A DNA stretch of 64,000 bases from positions 26,290,001 through 26,354,000 of the forward strand of contig NC_045696.1 of the NCBI RefSeq assembly GCF_009834535.1, given 5' to 3'. Shown piece after piece: positions 1 through 14,567 of the stretch (position 1 is its first letter; every line of letters starts with the position of its first letter). The DNA comes from Camelus ferus. Lineage: Eukaryota. Both the position numbers and the translations under genes were made by a program. A model generated the notes under the pieces. The model made no database searches. It worked only from the letters and a program-made list of their open reading frames with translations, and was not told where the DNA came from.

Positions 1-1019
1 GTTCTTGCTCCCACCAGGAGTAGAGATTACACTCTCCCTCCAGCCCTTTTAAAGTCCAGCACACCCAGCTTTGCCATGTGCGAGCGATCTGCAGGCACTA
101 TTAGGCCCGCTTGAGTAGCTCTTGATAACACTCTCTAGGAAGTCAATTAGAGATGTCAGAGGGTGGGCTGGACTGCTTTCTTTTACTAACAGGCATTTGG
201 AGAGTAGAAGATGGGACTGTCAGGAACAGGTGATTTTTGGATTTCAAGGAACTAAACATGATTTGTTTTGTTTTTTCCTCTTACTATTTCAACTTCTTTT
301 TTCTTTTTGTGTTCTTGAAATGAATGATCTATTTTAATCTTTAGCCAGCACTCGCTATATAATATTGGGGATCAGATACCCAATCTAGTAAAATGATGAA
401 ACATTAGTTTAACAATTAAAATTATAAAGAGAAAGTAAAATGTCTTCCCAGTTTGAGCATAGTGAAAATCTCTATTAAGAAGGGGCTAATTTTTTGGTGA
501 AAATATCTATGTGTAAACTAAAATGAAGTGAATTGTTCACTAAGAATTAGGTATAAAAATCGCTTGGCATTATAGTAGTACTATTCTTTGCACTGACTTG
601 CTACCACTGTGGTTGTTTTACTGAAACTCTTAATCTACTTGTTCTATACGTTTTTTACCAAGAAAGACTACCCGAAAAGTAAAGGGTTGATTATTTTCTG
701 AAATCATACAAAGCAAAATTAAAATGCCGCAGCTCTACAATCTAATTAATATAAATATTTAAACCAATTATTTAGGCCCAATAAATTTATTTTGCTTATA
801 CAAAATATTATTTGATGTTACTAACTATTACATTATTAAATTGATGCATAATAGAGAAGTTTCCATTTTATTGTGTTTAATCTACAACTTATATATTTAG
901 GTACTTAATCGGGAGAGCTATCACTGTGGGGAGATATCTACTTTATAAGGGAGAATATGTAACTTTAAACATCACTGTTTATTTGATTATGTAAACCCAT
1001 GAAAATGAATGAATGTTTC

Positions 1020-1200
1020 CTATTTGCTAGGTATGTACTAAATGCTTTCACTTAATCCTCATTGTCACCCCAGATGATAGGCACTATTATCTCCATTTTA
1101 CAGATGTAGAAGCAGAAGTTTACAAAGGGTAAATAACTTACTCCAAATGCCAAAGCTAATAAGCAACAGTGCCACGACTCAGACTGAGGGCTTTCATTCA
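1020..1200 (-). mobile_element. MIR SINE
   Basis: MIR core in reverse: cactattatctccattttacagatgtagaagcagaag...aaataacttactccaa. Confidence 0.75.
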
Positions 1201-2389
1201 CCAAAACCTGTGGGCCTGTCCAGCAGAGGGCCAGGAATAGCTAAATACGCAGTGTTCTGCCTGTACTTGTCATTGTAAAAATTAGAACCTCATAGTGATT
1301 ATATCACTTTGAGAAATGAACTATCTCCAGGATGGTTATGTGTATTTTCTAATGTTCTGTTAAAAATAAATGAGAATAAAAAGATTGAATCTGACTAAAA
1401 GTTTCCTTTTGCTGAAAAAAGAGATTGACCTTTATATTAAAAAAAAAAAAGAAAACTGCAATGCTAAGGCCTTGAGCTACCATTAGAAAAGCTGCAATAG
1501 TTTATTATACAGAAAGACAGCAATGTGGTACTGATCAGCTGTGCACTCACCATTAGCTTTTGTTCTTACGTTCTTAGGAAAAAGCAGTTGTACAGAATCA
1601 AGCTCATATTAAGGGTTCATTCAAAGAAGTAAGTTTCATCATGAATTTTAAATTAAAAATAGATTTAGCCTAATGTTTGAAATCACCACCTCACAGCATG
1701 ATATAATGACTGATTATAATGAAGACCTTAGTTACCAAGTTAAATTATTTTCGGTGTACTTTAATTATTAGGTTAAGGGATTATAAAATATGTCTGGTAT
1801 GCCTAAGTTTCTATCAAAATAATTGTAAAGTGTAAGCTTTAGAATGAAAAAAAAAAGGCCTATTTTCAAATCCTTGCCACTCCTCTTGTTAACTGGAGAA
1901 GTTGCATCTTGAAAATTTGTCTTTTCACTTATAAATATACCTACCTCACAGGTCATTGTGAGGTTCCCATTGACCTTGTAGGCAAGAAATCTTGACCATT
2001 ATTAGACTTGATTTATCCCACTGAACTAGGTAAATGAGATATTTTAAAATAAACATTCAGAACATGATCGTGGAAAGATTATGAATGTGGTAAGCAGTGA
2101 TGTTTCTGACATTTTTCTGACCATTTGAATAATGTGAAATTTTGAGTTTGTTTTTAACTTTGAAAATAAGAAGCTACCTCCATTCCACTACTGGACATTC
2201 ATTCCACAATAATGCCTCTCAAGGCATGCTATATTTTTTTTTTTACTAAAACAAAGAACAAGCAACTTCTTATCTATTTATTGAATAAAATCATTAAACC
2301 AATTTAGGGACCTTTCTACTAAAGATACATATATAATAACCAGCTATATCCAGTTTAGTCTTAATGACAAGAACTGGAATTCCTCCCTC

Positions 2390-3770
2390 ATCTATCCATT
2401 CAGTAAATATTTACTCTGCACTTGCCGTGTGCCAAGAATACCATTCTAGACTCTAGGGATACTACAGTAAACAAAATGAACTTGGGCCCTGATTTTATGG
2501 AGCTGGCTTACATTCTACTGAAGGCAAATAGATAATGAACAAACAGACAGGCAAGAATGATCTCACATAGTGGTGTGTGACATGCAAGGGAAAAATACCA
2601 GACCATTGTGATACGTGTGATCTTGTTGCTTCTTTAGATTTGGTAGTCGTAAGAGGGGAACTCAAAGAGTTGACATATAAACTGAGATTTGATAGACAAG
2701 AAGAGGAGAGCTAAAAGGAAGTCTTGGGGGAAGAACATTTCACAGAGATAGTAGAATAGTGTAGAAAAAGGACCTACAGAAGTTATTTTCCTTGCTAGAA
2801 GAGAAGGGCCAGTGTGGCCGGGGGAGAATGGAGCCAGAGAAGCGGGTACTTTGAGATGAGAGGCCAGATCTCAAGATACCTTGTAGGCCAGAATAAAGAT
2901 TTGGATGTTTTTATAGATGTGCTGAGTCTTCTGGAGAATTTTAAGCAGAAGGATGGCAAGATTTGTTTTATATTTTTATGCTGTTGATTTTTTTTTTTTT
3001 TTTTTTCTGAGATGGAGCAAGGGTAATTAGGTTTGTTTATTTACTTATTTTAATGGCGGTCCTGGGATTGAACCCATGACCTTGTGCATGCTAAGCATGA
3101 GCTCTACCACTGAGCTATACTCTCCCTACCCATTTTATAGTTTTAATGAGGTAACTCTGTCGGCTATGAGAAGAATTGACTATAAGAAAGGCAAGAGTGA
3201 AAGTAAGATCGTTATGAGTCAGCTACAGTATTCCCTGAGAGATGACAATGACTCAGAACAAGTGACAGGAGTGGAGGCAGAGAAAATTAGATTCTGGATA
3301 AGTCTCACAGTCATTGGGCCTTACTGATGGACAAGATGAGGTGTGTGTGTCTAGGGTGGATGAGTGCTTTCATGGGCAACAGGAATGAAGGAAAAATAAT
3401 TTGTTGAGTAATTTATACACGATTATACCATATACAAAGACAGAAGATTGGGGAGGTGATTTCTGTGACAAGAATCAAGAATTCAATTTTAGTCATGTTA
3501 AATTTAAGATACTCTTTAAACACTCAAGTGGTGATGTCAAGCAGGCAGGTGAATGCAAGTCTGGAGATTGAGGGAGTCCAACGCTGGAAGGACTCATTTT
3601 AGAGTCATCAGGTGGAGGCAGGACTGGCAGAGGTTAATTTTGAAAAATGTGTCTGGGAGCACTCCATTTTTTAGTGATATTGACTACATTTTTAAGAACA
3701 GGAAGTCTCTGGCAAAGTACAGGCAAGAGTAATGGCTATTGGGAGGAAAATTCAGAGAGTTTCTCAGAAC
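2390..3770 (-). mobile_element. L2 LINE 3' fragment, interrupted by a SINE
   Basis: Starts with the reverse complement of an L2 tail (ccattcagtaaatatttac...gtgtgccaag...ctagggatac...acagtaaacaaa) and continues with L2-like text (ttttaagcag; tagtcatgttaaatttaagat...caagtggtgatgtcaagcaggcag). Confidence 0.7.
2988..3126 (-). mobile_element. tRNA-Ala-derived SINE, camelid Vic-1-like
   Basis: Reverse complement: gggagagtatagctcagtggtagagctcatgcttagcatgcacaaggtcatgggttcaatcccagg...aaataagtaaataaacaaacctaattaccc...poly(A). Has Pol III A and B boxes and an A tail. Confidence 0.85.
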
Positions 3771-6564
3771 ACAGGATACGAAATACACACTTAGATATAT
3801 TTTATGCAGTGCTTTAATGGTATTGTTTTCATCATGTAGGATTTGAGGGAGTATACAAAAAAGTCACTGTAGGAATTTCCCCCTTTTAATTCTCATCAGT
3901 ATTATTAAGCAATTACTATGGCTAAGCTACTATGGGAGAGAAACATGAAATAATTACATCTGCATTGGAGATATAGCTAATTTCCAGTATAATTTCCACC
4001 TGACTCTCTCCAGTCTTACAAGGCACAGAATTAATATCTAGTGAAGGCAATTAATTGTAATATTTAATTGACACCTGTTATTGTATGGAAATCCTATTCT
4101 GCCTAAACATTATAAATATTCAAAAAGAAATAAAGACTATGTTAGTATATTTTAGTATATATCAAAAGATTTTCTATCTCTAATAATCACCATCTCTAGT
4201 ATGGCCACTTTTTCTAATGGAAAAAAACAACCAAGAACTCTGCAAGAAAAAAATTATTTTCAGAAAATACATTTTTAATTATTGGACTGTTTAATTTTGG
4301 AAGACTATTGAAAATATACAGTGAACCTTTTTATTATGCAAATATATTCAGTTCTGAAAATAATTAAGTGATAATAAAGCATTCTCTTTTTCTTTACATC
4401 ATATTCCAGTAATGAAGCTGTTACCTCTCAGTGTGCATTTAATGAGTTTTAACTAACATTGTCATGAGCTGACATTATCATAAAGCTAAGAATTAGACAA
4501 AATTGAATTTACTGGTATAGAGAAAGTTTCCTCAAGAGTTAATTATATTATTTAAGATGGACTATAATTCATTTTATGATATACCACCATCATCCTATAA
4601 GAAAAACTGTATTAATAGATCATTATACTTAACCTGTACAAACATGTAACCTTTTTTGCACTTTTAAAATAAAAAACTCATGATGTCTTTATATACTCAA
4701 GTCATATGAATATAAAAGGCACAAGCATATCAAAGAAAATAAACCAAAATTTTTATAAAGTTAAATACATTTTTCCACATTTTCTCTAAGTAAAATTCCA
4801 TAAAGAACTTTCAAATGGAGATAAGTTTTTATTTTTTAAGGAAGAATTATTTATAATTTTCTTGATTCAGCTATTTAAAGTGGACTTATAGAATTGCAAC
4901 TTATAATTTGATAGAGATGAGGAACTTTTTCTAAATAAATGATATTTTGGCTTTTACGGATTATATGTTGACAATAAATATACGTGACAGGTTTAAGCCT
5001 TACAATCACTGTTGTTTGCTCCTTCCTCCATAACTTCCTCATTTTTTAGTCCAGTCCTGCAGTGAGGCAATTATGAAGCTTAGATCTAGATCAGAAGGTT
5101 GTCATCTATCTCACTCACCTTTGTCTAATACCTAGCTCAGAGTAGGCCTTCAAGTTGTCTTAAATGAAAAGAGACCTTTTCAACATTAAATTTTTTTTTG
5201 AATTTCCATTTCTATCTTAGAAAATAACTAATTAATCAAGTTGCATACTTTGATCTCTAAGGTCAGGCTTATTACCATCCTACAGATATTTTGTTTACAT
5301 TTGTATTTCAAAGCACCATTCTTATGGAAATTTGCAGTTTGTGTCACTGAGTGACTTGTGAGAAACCAGGTTTCCATACCCTCTTCACAACTCTTCACAT
5401 TGAATCCAGTTGGAGCAGATGGTGTACTTTTAAAACACTCTTAATCAAAATTATTCTTCTTCATACATTGTTAAACATACACATTAGTAATTAATACATT
5501 TGCGGGGTTCAAAATCAAAACGTATAAACTACATGTAGCGGAAATCTTCCTCTCTCATCCCTCACTTTCTGCTTTTGTTTTTCTCTGCAAAGGCATTTGT
5601 TATTATTAGTTTCTTGTGTATCCTTCTAGAGATTGTTTTTTGTACATGCAAGCACATTCCAGCATGTTTCTTTCTTTTTGTAATTAATTAAAACATACAG
5701 CGCATATTGCAAATCCAGCTCTGAAGCTGGCTCCTCTAAAAGGCCTTCTTTGTTGAAAGTAGTTTCCCTCCTTTGTTATCTTGATATATTTTCAATGTGA
5801 TTCTCTGATGCTGCGTGCTTTTTTTATTTCTTATTGTGGTTTTTGAGTTACATTCGGTAACTTTCCTACATCTCTTTAGCACCCTGAAGGCAAGAGCTCA
5901 GCTTGAAATATTTTGTACTTCTAAGTGTGTTATGTAGCACTTGTCCCCATTGGGACATTCAGTACTTACTTATTAAATAAAAGAGAAACCAATGATTTAA
6001 AAAAACTCTTCTGTCATCTCAAGGTAGTAGTTACAACTGGAACTGATTGAAAAGTGAAAATATCTGATTTATCTGATATTGATGAAACCAAAGCAAAATT
6101 AAATATCATATTAAAAACACCTTTTAGAAATGAACTGGGTAAAACTTATTGAGTAAAGTTACACTTTTTGATTTGGAGAAACCAGTGACATTTTATTGCC
6201 CAGATAATACTTCACAACATAAAGAATAACACCTAAATACATTTGACTTGAGGATTATACAGTTGTATATAAATCCCAACTCCGACAGTTCTCACTTACA
6301 GTAATTATCACCATCTGGGAGCAACTGCATGTATTTGACTGTCTGACCCTCCAGACTTTAAAAGGAGAAATATTTTATACACGAGATGGAGTTCTTCAAG
6401 ATTATTAACCATTTGACAGTTGAAGGAATTAAAACTTGACATATCATTAAATTCACTTAGAATCAGATAAAAAGTACAATTTCAGGGTCATTGTTTTTCA
6501 CTAGTACTCCTAATTCCTAACAACAGCAATGATTTTCATTTCTGAAATGCTTCCTTTAGCTTGT

Positions 6565-6775
6565 AATGTGCTTTACGAAGATCACTGTGTTTATTCTTCA
6601 AAACTACCCCAAGACATAAGCTTTAATATCCCCATTTTACAGATCAAGAAAGTGAGGCTTGACATGGCTGGCAGATTTGAATAAGACCATCCAGTTAATA
6701 AAGTAACAGAGCTGACACTCAGAATCAGGCCTCTGACTAAGCCCATTATTTTAAACACGATGCCATATTGCCTCC
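6565..6775 (-). mobile_element. MIR SINE
   Basis: Core atccccattttacagatcaagaaagtgaggc followed by cagagctgacactcagaatcaggcctctgact. Confidence 0.75.
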
Positions 6776-7027
6776 CTGTCAAAAAGTAGTCATTCCATAA
6801 ACATTTATTAAGTGGAAGTTCCAGGTCCCATGAAAGGAACTGGGCAAATGGTGGAGAACTAGATTGCATTTAGAATAGAAAAGCATGTGGAGACACTAAG
6901 GCGGCAAAGAGCTTGCCGTGTTCCAGGACCTGAGGAAAGGCCGAGAAGGGTGAGAACTATGACTGAGGGCCAAAAGCAAGGCAGGAGAGATTTTTAGAGG
7001 ATAAACCACATAGATGTAAAGAGGAGG

Positions 7028-7140
7028 GTAGGTTAACATTCCATCTGGCTTTCCTGGAACTGTCCTAGCATAACTTTGAAGAATGCTCCCATTTGCTTTC
7101 CTAAATATTTACTATGGAGGATAAAATACACGGTTATCCA
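7028..7140. mobile_element. Degenerate MER94-like hAT DNA transposon remnant
   Basis: taggttaacat...ctggctttcctggaactgtcc...ggaggataaaatacacggttatcc resembles the remembered MER94 consensus with decayed terminal inverted repeats. Confidence 0.35.
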
Positions 7141-10100
7141 AGTCATAGGTAAGGTTGAAGATTTTTGATTTCAGAAGGAATGTGTAAAATGTTTCCTCAG
7201 CTACTTGTGATACTAGCAGAAAAGTGAGAAGTCATTTAGTCCAAACTCCATACCTAGCACTTTTGTCAACTGACAACATTCCCAGTGGTGGACTGAAGCC
7301 ATGTGTCCTGAAGCTTATTGAAGCCAAGGTCTTCCTTTTAAGTAAATAGGAAAAACCATCTCAAGTGCAATACTAGCCATGTGCTTTAGACATCAGTGCA
7401 TAAATATATGTAACATCTGATTACTTTTGATTCTCTAATTCATTTTGAAAATTAACCCATTTGCCAACCTCAGACTTTCCCTTAGTTGCCCACATTTGCC
7501 TTACATTCAGAAGAGTTATAAATTGTTCATTGAGAGTAACAAGGAAAAAAAGTTTCTAATTTTATCATTTGTAGAAAGTTTTGGGGAACAGTGGGTTGAA
7601 GTGTTTGATATGTGGTGCATGAAAATGGTCAAAATTAGGAATTAAAATAATTTGTGAATTATAATAATTTGTGGATTTTAATAGTCTGGCATCATGAATA
7701 GCCTTGATTAGAGCTAAATAATGAAGGCTTGGCAGACTTTCTGAAAAATCTTACTTTTCAAGTTTTGGTACCCTCCCAGGCAGAGAAGCTAAAAGAATCA
7801 CATGCAACTAGGTAGTTATCTCCATATAGGGGGTTGGGATTGGCACCTCTCCAAGCAGGAACTGGCTCTATCTATTTATTTTTTGTCCCTGACTATTTAG
7901 GGAGTGAAAGTGTTCTGAATCCTTGTCCTAGGAATAACTGTGGAGCCCAGAGAATGAAAATATAGTGAAAGACTCAGAAGACAATTAGATTTATTCCCTT
8001 ATTGCTGAGCATATGCTCTGTGGCTGCCAAGGTTCAATCCAGGGTATCAGAGAGAAGGGGGACTTTTTTAAACCTCCATGCTTAATGAGACTTCTTTCTG
8101 GTTTCATATAAGATATGAAGGTTTGACTAAAATATCCATGAATTTTTAAATATTTAAACACTTTTGGGGAAAACACACAGTAACTTTTCATCATGAGAAC
8201 TCAGTCTTACACCTAAAAAACAAAAAAATCTGTCATTTATCTTTGGTATCGCTTTGTTTTCTTAGAGTATATGGCAAGATTGGATGCGTGAGATGGAAGC
8301 CTGTGGATTTAGCATCAGGAATAAAAGAAATTACGCTTCTCATACGTAAACAAAAATTGTCAAGCACATTGTCTTCTGGTTGTCAGTGGAGTAATATGAG
8401 TTTTCTGAAATAATTTAAATGTGGTCTTTAGCACATTTGCATTCATAAAAAGTGCTTGGATATGCTTCTTGCTTCCTCTTCTCCTGCTTAGCTGTCAAAA
8501 CATGGTGATGCTTTTGAAGATTTATGGTGGGTGGCTAATGAGATTGCTGAATGTTAACTGCAGCATTCAGAATTCGTTTGGTGGCAAAAGGAAAGAAGGT
8601 TACTGGGTCTTTGGGATAGAGTAGAGAGATGATAGAGCTTTTTTAAATCAGCCAATTTAAAACTAAATATGCTATATTCTGGATTAGGAAACATTTCAAG
8701 CTTCTTGTCATGTAGTAATCAAATAGAACATTTCCTGAAGAATATAAGATGTCAAATTATATCCATTTCAGCAGAATTCCTGACAGCTTACAGTAATACT
8801 CATATTTTGAAGTGTGGACATATGCAAATATTAATATTGGATGGGAAAGACTGAAGAGGTCACACAGGCATGTGGGACATGGGACATGATTTTTTTTTTA
8901 CTATGTAAGTTTCAGGTAGACAGCATTACAGTTGAACACCTGTATACACTACAGAGTGATGACTGCAGGTTTAGAAAAAGAACTTTCATTGTTGCATTAA
9001 AAACTGAAGTAAGTCTCATGTAGTTGGGCTTTGGTCTACATTTCTGTGTAGAAGAGGAAAATAAACAGCGTATTCTTCAAGTGGTCATTTTTAAGTTCAT
9101 GAATAATGTTAAGATTCATGGTTATCCTCTAAATCAGACCTTTAGTGATTATAGTCATGAAACATGTTGTTAAAATAGGTGAACTTATGGAAATTGTGAA
9201 ATCAGCAGGATTATGTTGAAAGCCCATAGGAGCATGATAAGATATAGCCCACTCATTCACTAATTCACTGAGTTTCAGGTTGAGGGGAGAAAAAGGTAGA
9301 TCAACAGCAGTTTCAAAGTAACTGGCATTCTTGACAAGGAAGGTTGACCTTGACCTTCTTCTCCTTCCAACCCTCATTTCATCAGCAGGGGTGAGATTAC
9401 TTTGAGACCCTGCCAATAGGTAATAAATAACACGTAAATTCCAGAACACCCTTGCACTGTAGGGTGCCCTAATGTGTAATAATCCTTAGACTATTGAGTT
9501 TATAACTCATGACATCTGGCAGTTACTTGGCATTGTAATTCATGTTGATCATGCACGTCAGAGTGCACCACGGGAGAGGAGTATCAGCACTAACCCGGTG
9601 ATTCTAGGAGAGGGTGAAATGACAGGAAGAGGCTGCTGAGGCCGTGAACTGTGCAATGTTAGAATGCTGTAGCAGCTAATGCCTTCAGAAATGGACTAAC
9701 AGGGCGGGAGGAGAGCACTAATCTATTGGGATCCAGATTAAAGCAGCACATTAATGTCTACTTGATAGCATTCTTTATTCCTTTATTCAAATTGACAGAT
9801 GTAGCATTAAGGCAATAATGAATCTTGAAATTTGAATTTAAATGTATACTTACGTATATTTTAAATTTAAATTTGCTCTTAAATATATAAATATTTTAAA
9901 TTTAAAAAGTATATATATGTATATGTATGTATGTGTGTATATATAGATGAGATTTGGCCCTTTGAATTTTTGGTTTTCTTTGGTCTAGTAGTGAGAGCTA
10001 AATGAGACAGAAGAGAAAGAGAGGGGTGTTGGGAAAAAATGAGAAACAGCAGGGGGAAAAAAAGCATTCTACAAAGCACCTGTAACAAGCCTTCCCGACA

Positions 10101-10228
10101 CCCAGCAGCCTAACTGCTTTAGCTGAAGACTTGAGGCTCATGGGACATGAACCAGACTGAAGAGTTAGAAGCAGACAGATGGTTATTTGTAATCTTCCTG
10201 TGGATGCAAATCCTACAGAGATGTTGTG

Positions 10229-10229
<1 letters not shown>

Positions 10230-10272
<43 letters not shown>

Positions 10273-10273
10273 T
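10230..10273. repeat. (TTTA)n microsatellite
   Basis: About 11 perfect units read directly. Confidence 0.95.
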
Positions 10274-11784
10274 GCATGCATGCCCCAACTCAAGATTTAG
10301 AGAAAGTAGGAGGCAGTATTACAAGCTTGAAATAATCTGGTGTTTCCCTTTGTTACCATCTTGATAGACATTATTTAATTATTTTTAAAGCTAGTCTGTG
10401 CAGTTCTGAATTTTAAATTCAACATATTATTTCTTCTGGTATCCAGAGTTATAGCCATTCTGTGACCAAGACTGGAGTTAGTCCGAAACTGGCAGATGCT
10501 GGGAGGAGGCTGGGTAGCAGAGTAGAACATTTTGGGCATGTGGAGCGTTTTTGTTTTCCAGCAGAGGAAGGCATTGCCCTGAGCAGGTTTTGGCCAGTAC
10601 CCTCAATTCCACACTCCGTCCTCCTCCTGACATACTATATTTGGGCACACCCTCTAATTTGCCCTTACTCCTTTGAGTTCTCTGTGATCCTGGAGACATC
10701 AATCCCCCATGAACGATTTTGTGAACAATGGCACTTTAAGGAAGAAAAAAAGAGGAACTGATTAAACATTAATTAGCCTCAATCCGCAACTTCCTCCTAA
10801 GCTAATGGATAGGGTATGCAGATCCCTGTCAAATATCAGATGCTAGGCTTTGCCAAAAATAGGACTTCCAAGTGTTGAAGGCGTGCCAACTGCTGGCTCC
10901 TTAACTCAAACCAAAGGAAATGATTGCCAGAGACAGGCCTCGAGTCTGCCGTGGTCAGATGTCACCAGTTTACAGTGCCACATGTGATCCAAGAGTTTAT
11001 GAATGATCTCAACACTTGGTCCCCAAGGAGAACATATGCATTACAGAGGTTATGGATACAAATTACAGAGAGCACAATATTTCCATGCAATTTCTGAGAA
11101 TCCTTCAGCAGATTTTAAACATTAATGGAAAACATTAAGGAAGACTTGGCACTCTTAGGGAGACTTCAAATTATAATACGAGTGAGGACGGAACAGGGCT
11201 AAAAAAAAGGATTTGAGAATAAAGACTTGGCTTAGAAAGTTGGAGCTGGCCAGTCCTCTTGGGTAAATTGTGTGTTTGTGTGTTTTATTCCCTGCAGAAT
11301 TCCAGGCTTCACAAAATGCTATGACTTGAAAATGAGCAAGTTGCAGGGTATCCTTGTTCTTTCGGCATGCTCCAGTTCATACCACTGGTTGATCTGGATC
11401 ATTTGCTGAGTGAATTTGCTTGCACAGGGAATCTGAGTGGAGATGGGGGGTGAGAGCTTCTCATTTTGGAGTTGTCAGTGTGTTGCAGAGGTGCCAGAGT
11501 GTCAGCTTGCACAGCGGTAGCAGAATGTCTCCCCACTGAGTTAGTTCTTTCCCGTTCCCCTTCTGTGCAGAAGAAACCACTTATGACTTTTTCCCTAAAT
11601 GTCAGATTTTATTGTCTGGTTAGCTGTTGGCTGGCCTGTCCGTTCCAACCATATTTTGTTTGATTGCACCAAATGTAATAAAGCAGGGGGTTATGAATGA
11701 TGATTCCTCTTTAGATTTATTAAGTTTTTTGGTCACTGAAACTTCTAAAAAATACAGAATTCTTATAGCTTGTCCGTGGGGAGC

Positions 11785-12140
11785 TAGCTTTCAGTTGAAG
11801 CAGGAAACTCAATTTAAACCAGCCTAATAATGAAAGAAAACTTAGTTAGATCACATCAAGTCCAGCTTTAACACAGTCTTCAGGATTGATTTGTCTAGCT
11901 ATGTCATCAAGAACCCTGATTTTTTTCTAGTGTTCAGAGCTGTAGTTTCATCCTAAGGTTGGAGCTCCCCCTGGGGTCACAGCATGACTGCCAACAAGAG
12001 CCATTTAGTGCAGCAGGAAGAGACGGTGTGCCTTCCTCAGAAGTAGAGTAGAGGACCCGAACTTCAGGCAAGCTGAGATTACACCTGATCACTCCCCATG
12101 GTGATGGATGATGCTGGTGAATGTGGTGGTGTACCTGCTG
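11785..12140 (-). mobile_element. Old MaLR LTR fragment (MLT1J/K/L-like)
   Basis: ctttcagttgaagcaggaaactcaatttaaaccagcctaa...gtcatcaagaaccc...ggtcacagcatgactgcca resembles reversed MLT1 LTR text. Confidence 0.45.
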
Positions 12141-13987
12141 TAGGAATGGTGATCACTTTTTTCCTAGTCCATTGTAATATTCACTATGATATACTGTCAT
12201 TTGTGCTAACAGTTTTATTGGTTGCATATAAATATGTTGCTTCTCTGAGTGATTGATTTCTGACCTTCTTGAACTGCCCGGCTTTTATTTTATAGATATA
12301 CGAGCTTGTAGGTAGGCAAGTTGAGTGCACTGTCTCTTAAATCCTACCAACTTAAATTGTTCTTCAGAAATGACATTTTGAAATCAAATTAAAACATTGT
12401 GGTCTATTTTATATAATAAGAAAAAGACTGCAACACCCCCCAAAGAGTTCATCAATTCAGTCAACCTATCAAGTATGCGGGATGAGCTTGTCCAATGGCC
12501 TTCAAGATGGGGGCCCTTTGGAGGGTTACCTAGCCCAGTGTTAGTATAAAAGAAAAATCTTTTCAGATGAGTGAGTCCAAAGCTGACACCAAAGGAACAG
12601 TATGTGTTTGAAGAAAGAAAGAGGATTCAGAGAACAAAGGGGTATCAGGGAAATTTTCAAGCAGGAAGGCTACGTATGCTAATGTACATTGGTAACTAGA
12701 TGTTACTCTGTATGTCTAGGGCAGGAGAGTTGCAGAAACGTTTGTGATGAGCCTGGAAATGTGACAGGGTCTTGATTCTATGCAACATTTGAAATGACAT
12801 TCAGAAGAGAATTTTATCTTAAAAGCCATTTAAAAAGTTGTAAAAACGGAATTGACGCGATCGTATTTACACTTTGGCAAACTCATAATAGCCACAATAG
12901 AGAGTTTAAAAGAGGAATCAGAGAAAAAGTTCAAATAGGATACTCTTTTAGTAATTCAAGGCAGAGATGAGGACATTGTGAACTAGGGCAGTGGGGACAA
13001 GATAAATAGATGTAGATGCTATTACAAATCAGTGTAGCCTAATGACTGTGTGTAGAGTCTAATGTCAGACATGCAGGGTTCATACTCTGTACTTCCTATC
13101 AAAATAGGTCATTCTAAATGGCCTATTACATATCCATGGTGCCAGGTTTTACACATAGTGTATACTCATTAAATATTAGCTATTATTGTAAGGCAGTTGC
13201 TTTTAAAATAGGGAGAGCAAAGTGTTATTGTGTATGAGGCTAACTGGTCCAGAAAAACAAGTTTGTAAAAAATCCTTACTGAAAGGCAGCATGTAATTTC
13301 ATCTGTTATCTATATGCATGACTAAGGGCTTATGACAGTTCCTCTAAGTATCAAGATTTACTCAAATTTTGCACTTGTACACCAAAATGCATGCCAGATA
13401 AGTATTGCTTGGAACCAGGGGTCAGTTTTTGACTGTGAAGTCTCATGCCACACAGCTCTGTCAGACCCTGTGCACAGAGAAATCCTGCTCACAAAGAAGC
13501 CTTGTGTTCAGTGTTGCTTTGATTTGCTAGACATTTCACCTGCAGCTAAGCATGGGTTTTCATGACAATTTCTTTGTAAATTACCCCTCTCATGATCAAA
13601 TTAGTTTCTTTATGTGGATAGTTTTCTTTATCCAGTGGTGTAGGTGAATACTTTTCACCAGTAATATTTTTAGGCTCTCCATTTCTAATAACTGCTTGGA
13701 AGCATGTGTACATTGAAAATCAGAATCATGTATTTCAGAAATCTGTTAATTATGCAGTCTCATCTCATTGTTATTGCTAATCTATTTTAATAAAATAAGA
13801 TGGAAATGTCTAAGTAAAGATCTGCCTTGGCTTTGTTGATTGAGGCAAAAACTAATTTTTGAGAACTATTGATTTAGGACAGAAGGGAGAAAACTTGGTG
13901 AGTGAATGAATGTGGGGTTGAGAAGAAGCAGGAGTCAAAGAGGTCAGCTCTAAAGGGACACCTAGATGTGAAGCTCTTTTAGGGCAC

Positions 13988-14567
13988 TATATTAGTTACC
14001 TACTGCTGTATGAAATTGCCACAGAATTTAGTAGCTTAAAGCAGCACATGTTTCTTCTCTCACTGTCTGTGGGTCAGGAACCCAGGTATGAGCAAACTTG
14101 TCTTCTGCTGTGTGATCTCTTACAAAGCTTCAATGAAGATGTTGATCAGGGCTGTGGTCTCATGTAAAACCTCAACTGGAGAAGCTTTTGCTCCCAAATT
14201 TAAATGGTTGTTGGCAAGATCTGGGTCCTCAAGGGATGTTGGACTGAGGGCTCAATTCTTTGCTTGCTGTTGGCTGGACGCTGCCTTCAGGTCATTGCCA
14301 GAGGGGCCTCTCCATCCAGCAACAAGGTATCTTGCATGATCAGAGGATGGCCATGAGGAGAGAGAGGGAGACAGACAGAAAGACAAAGAGAGCCAAAAAG
14401 ATGTATGTTACAAGCTTTTATAACCTAATTTTGGCAGTGACAGTCCATCACTTCATTAAAAACATGTTACCGGGTCCAGCCCACAGTCAAGAGGAGGGGC
14501 TGACACAAAGAAATAAATACCAGGAGGGAGAGATCACTGAAGAACATTAGAGAAAAAGCCTGCCACA
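13988..14567 (-). mobile_element. MaLR solo LTR (MLT1F/G-like), near full length
   Basis: Begins tatattagtt and ends ctgccaca, the reverse of the TGTGGCAG...AACTAATACA LTR termini. Internal motifs tctgtgggtcaggaa and gttggactgagggc. Flanks ggcac/gacac fit a 5-bp target-site duplication with one mismatch. Confidence 0.8.

Noticed and set aside
3055..3126. tRNA-Ala gene on the minus strand
   Set aside because: The acceptor stem is imperfect and it runs into a SINE body and poly(A) tail, so it is a SINE head.
14088..14550. Two overlapping ORFs of 83 and 96 aa
   Set aside because: They lie inside the MLT1 LTR and have no coding signature.
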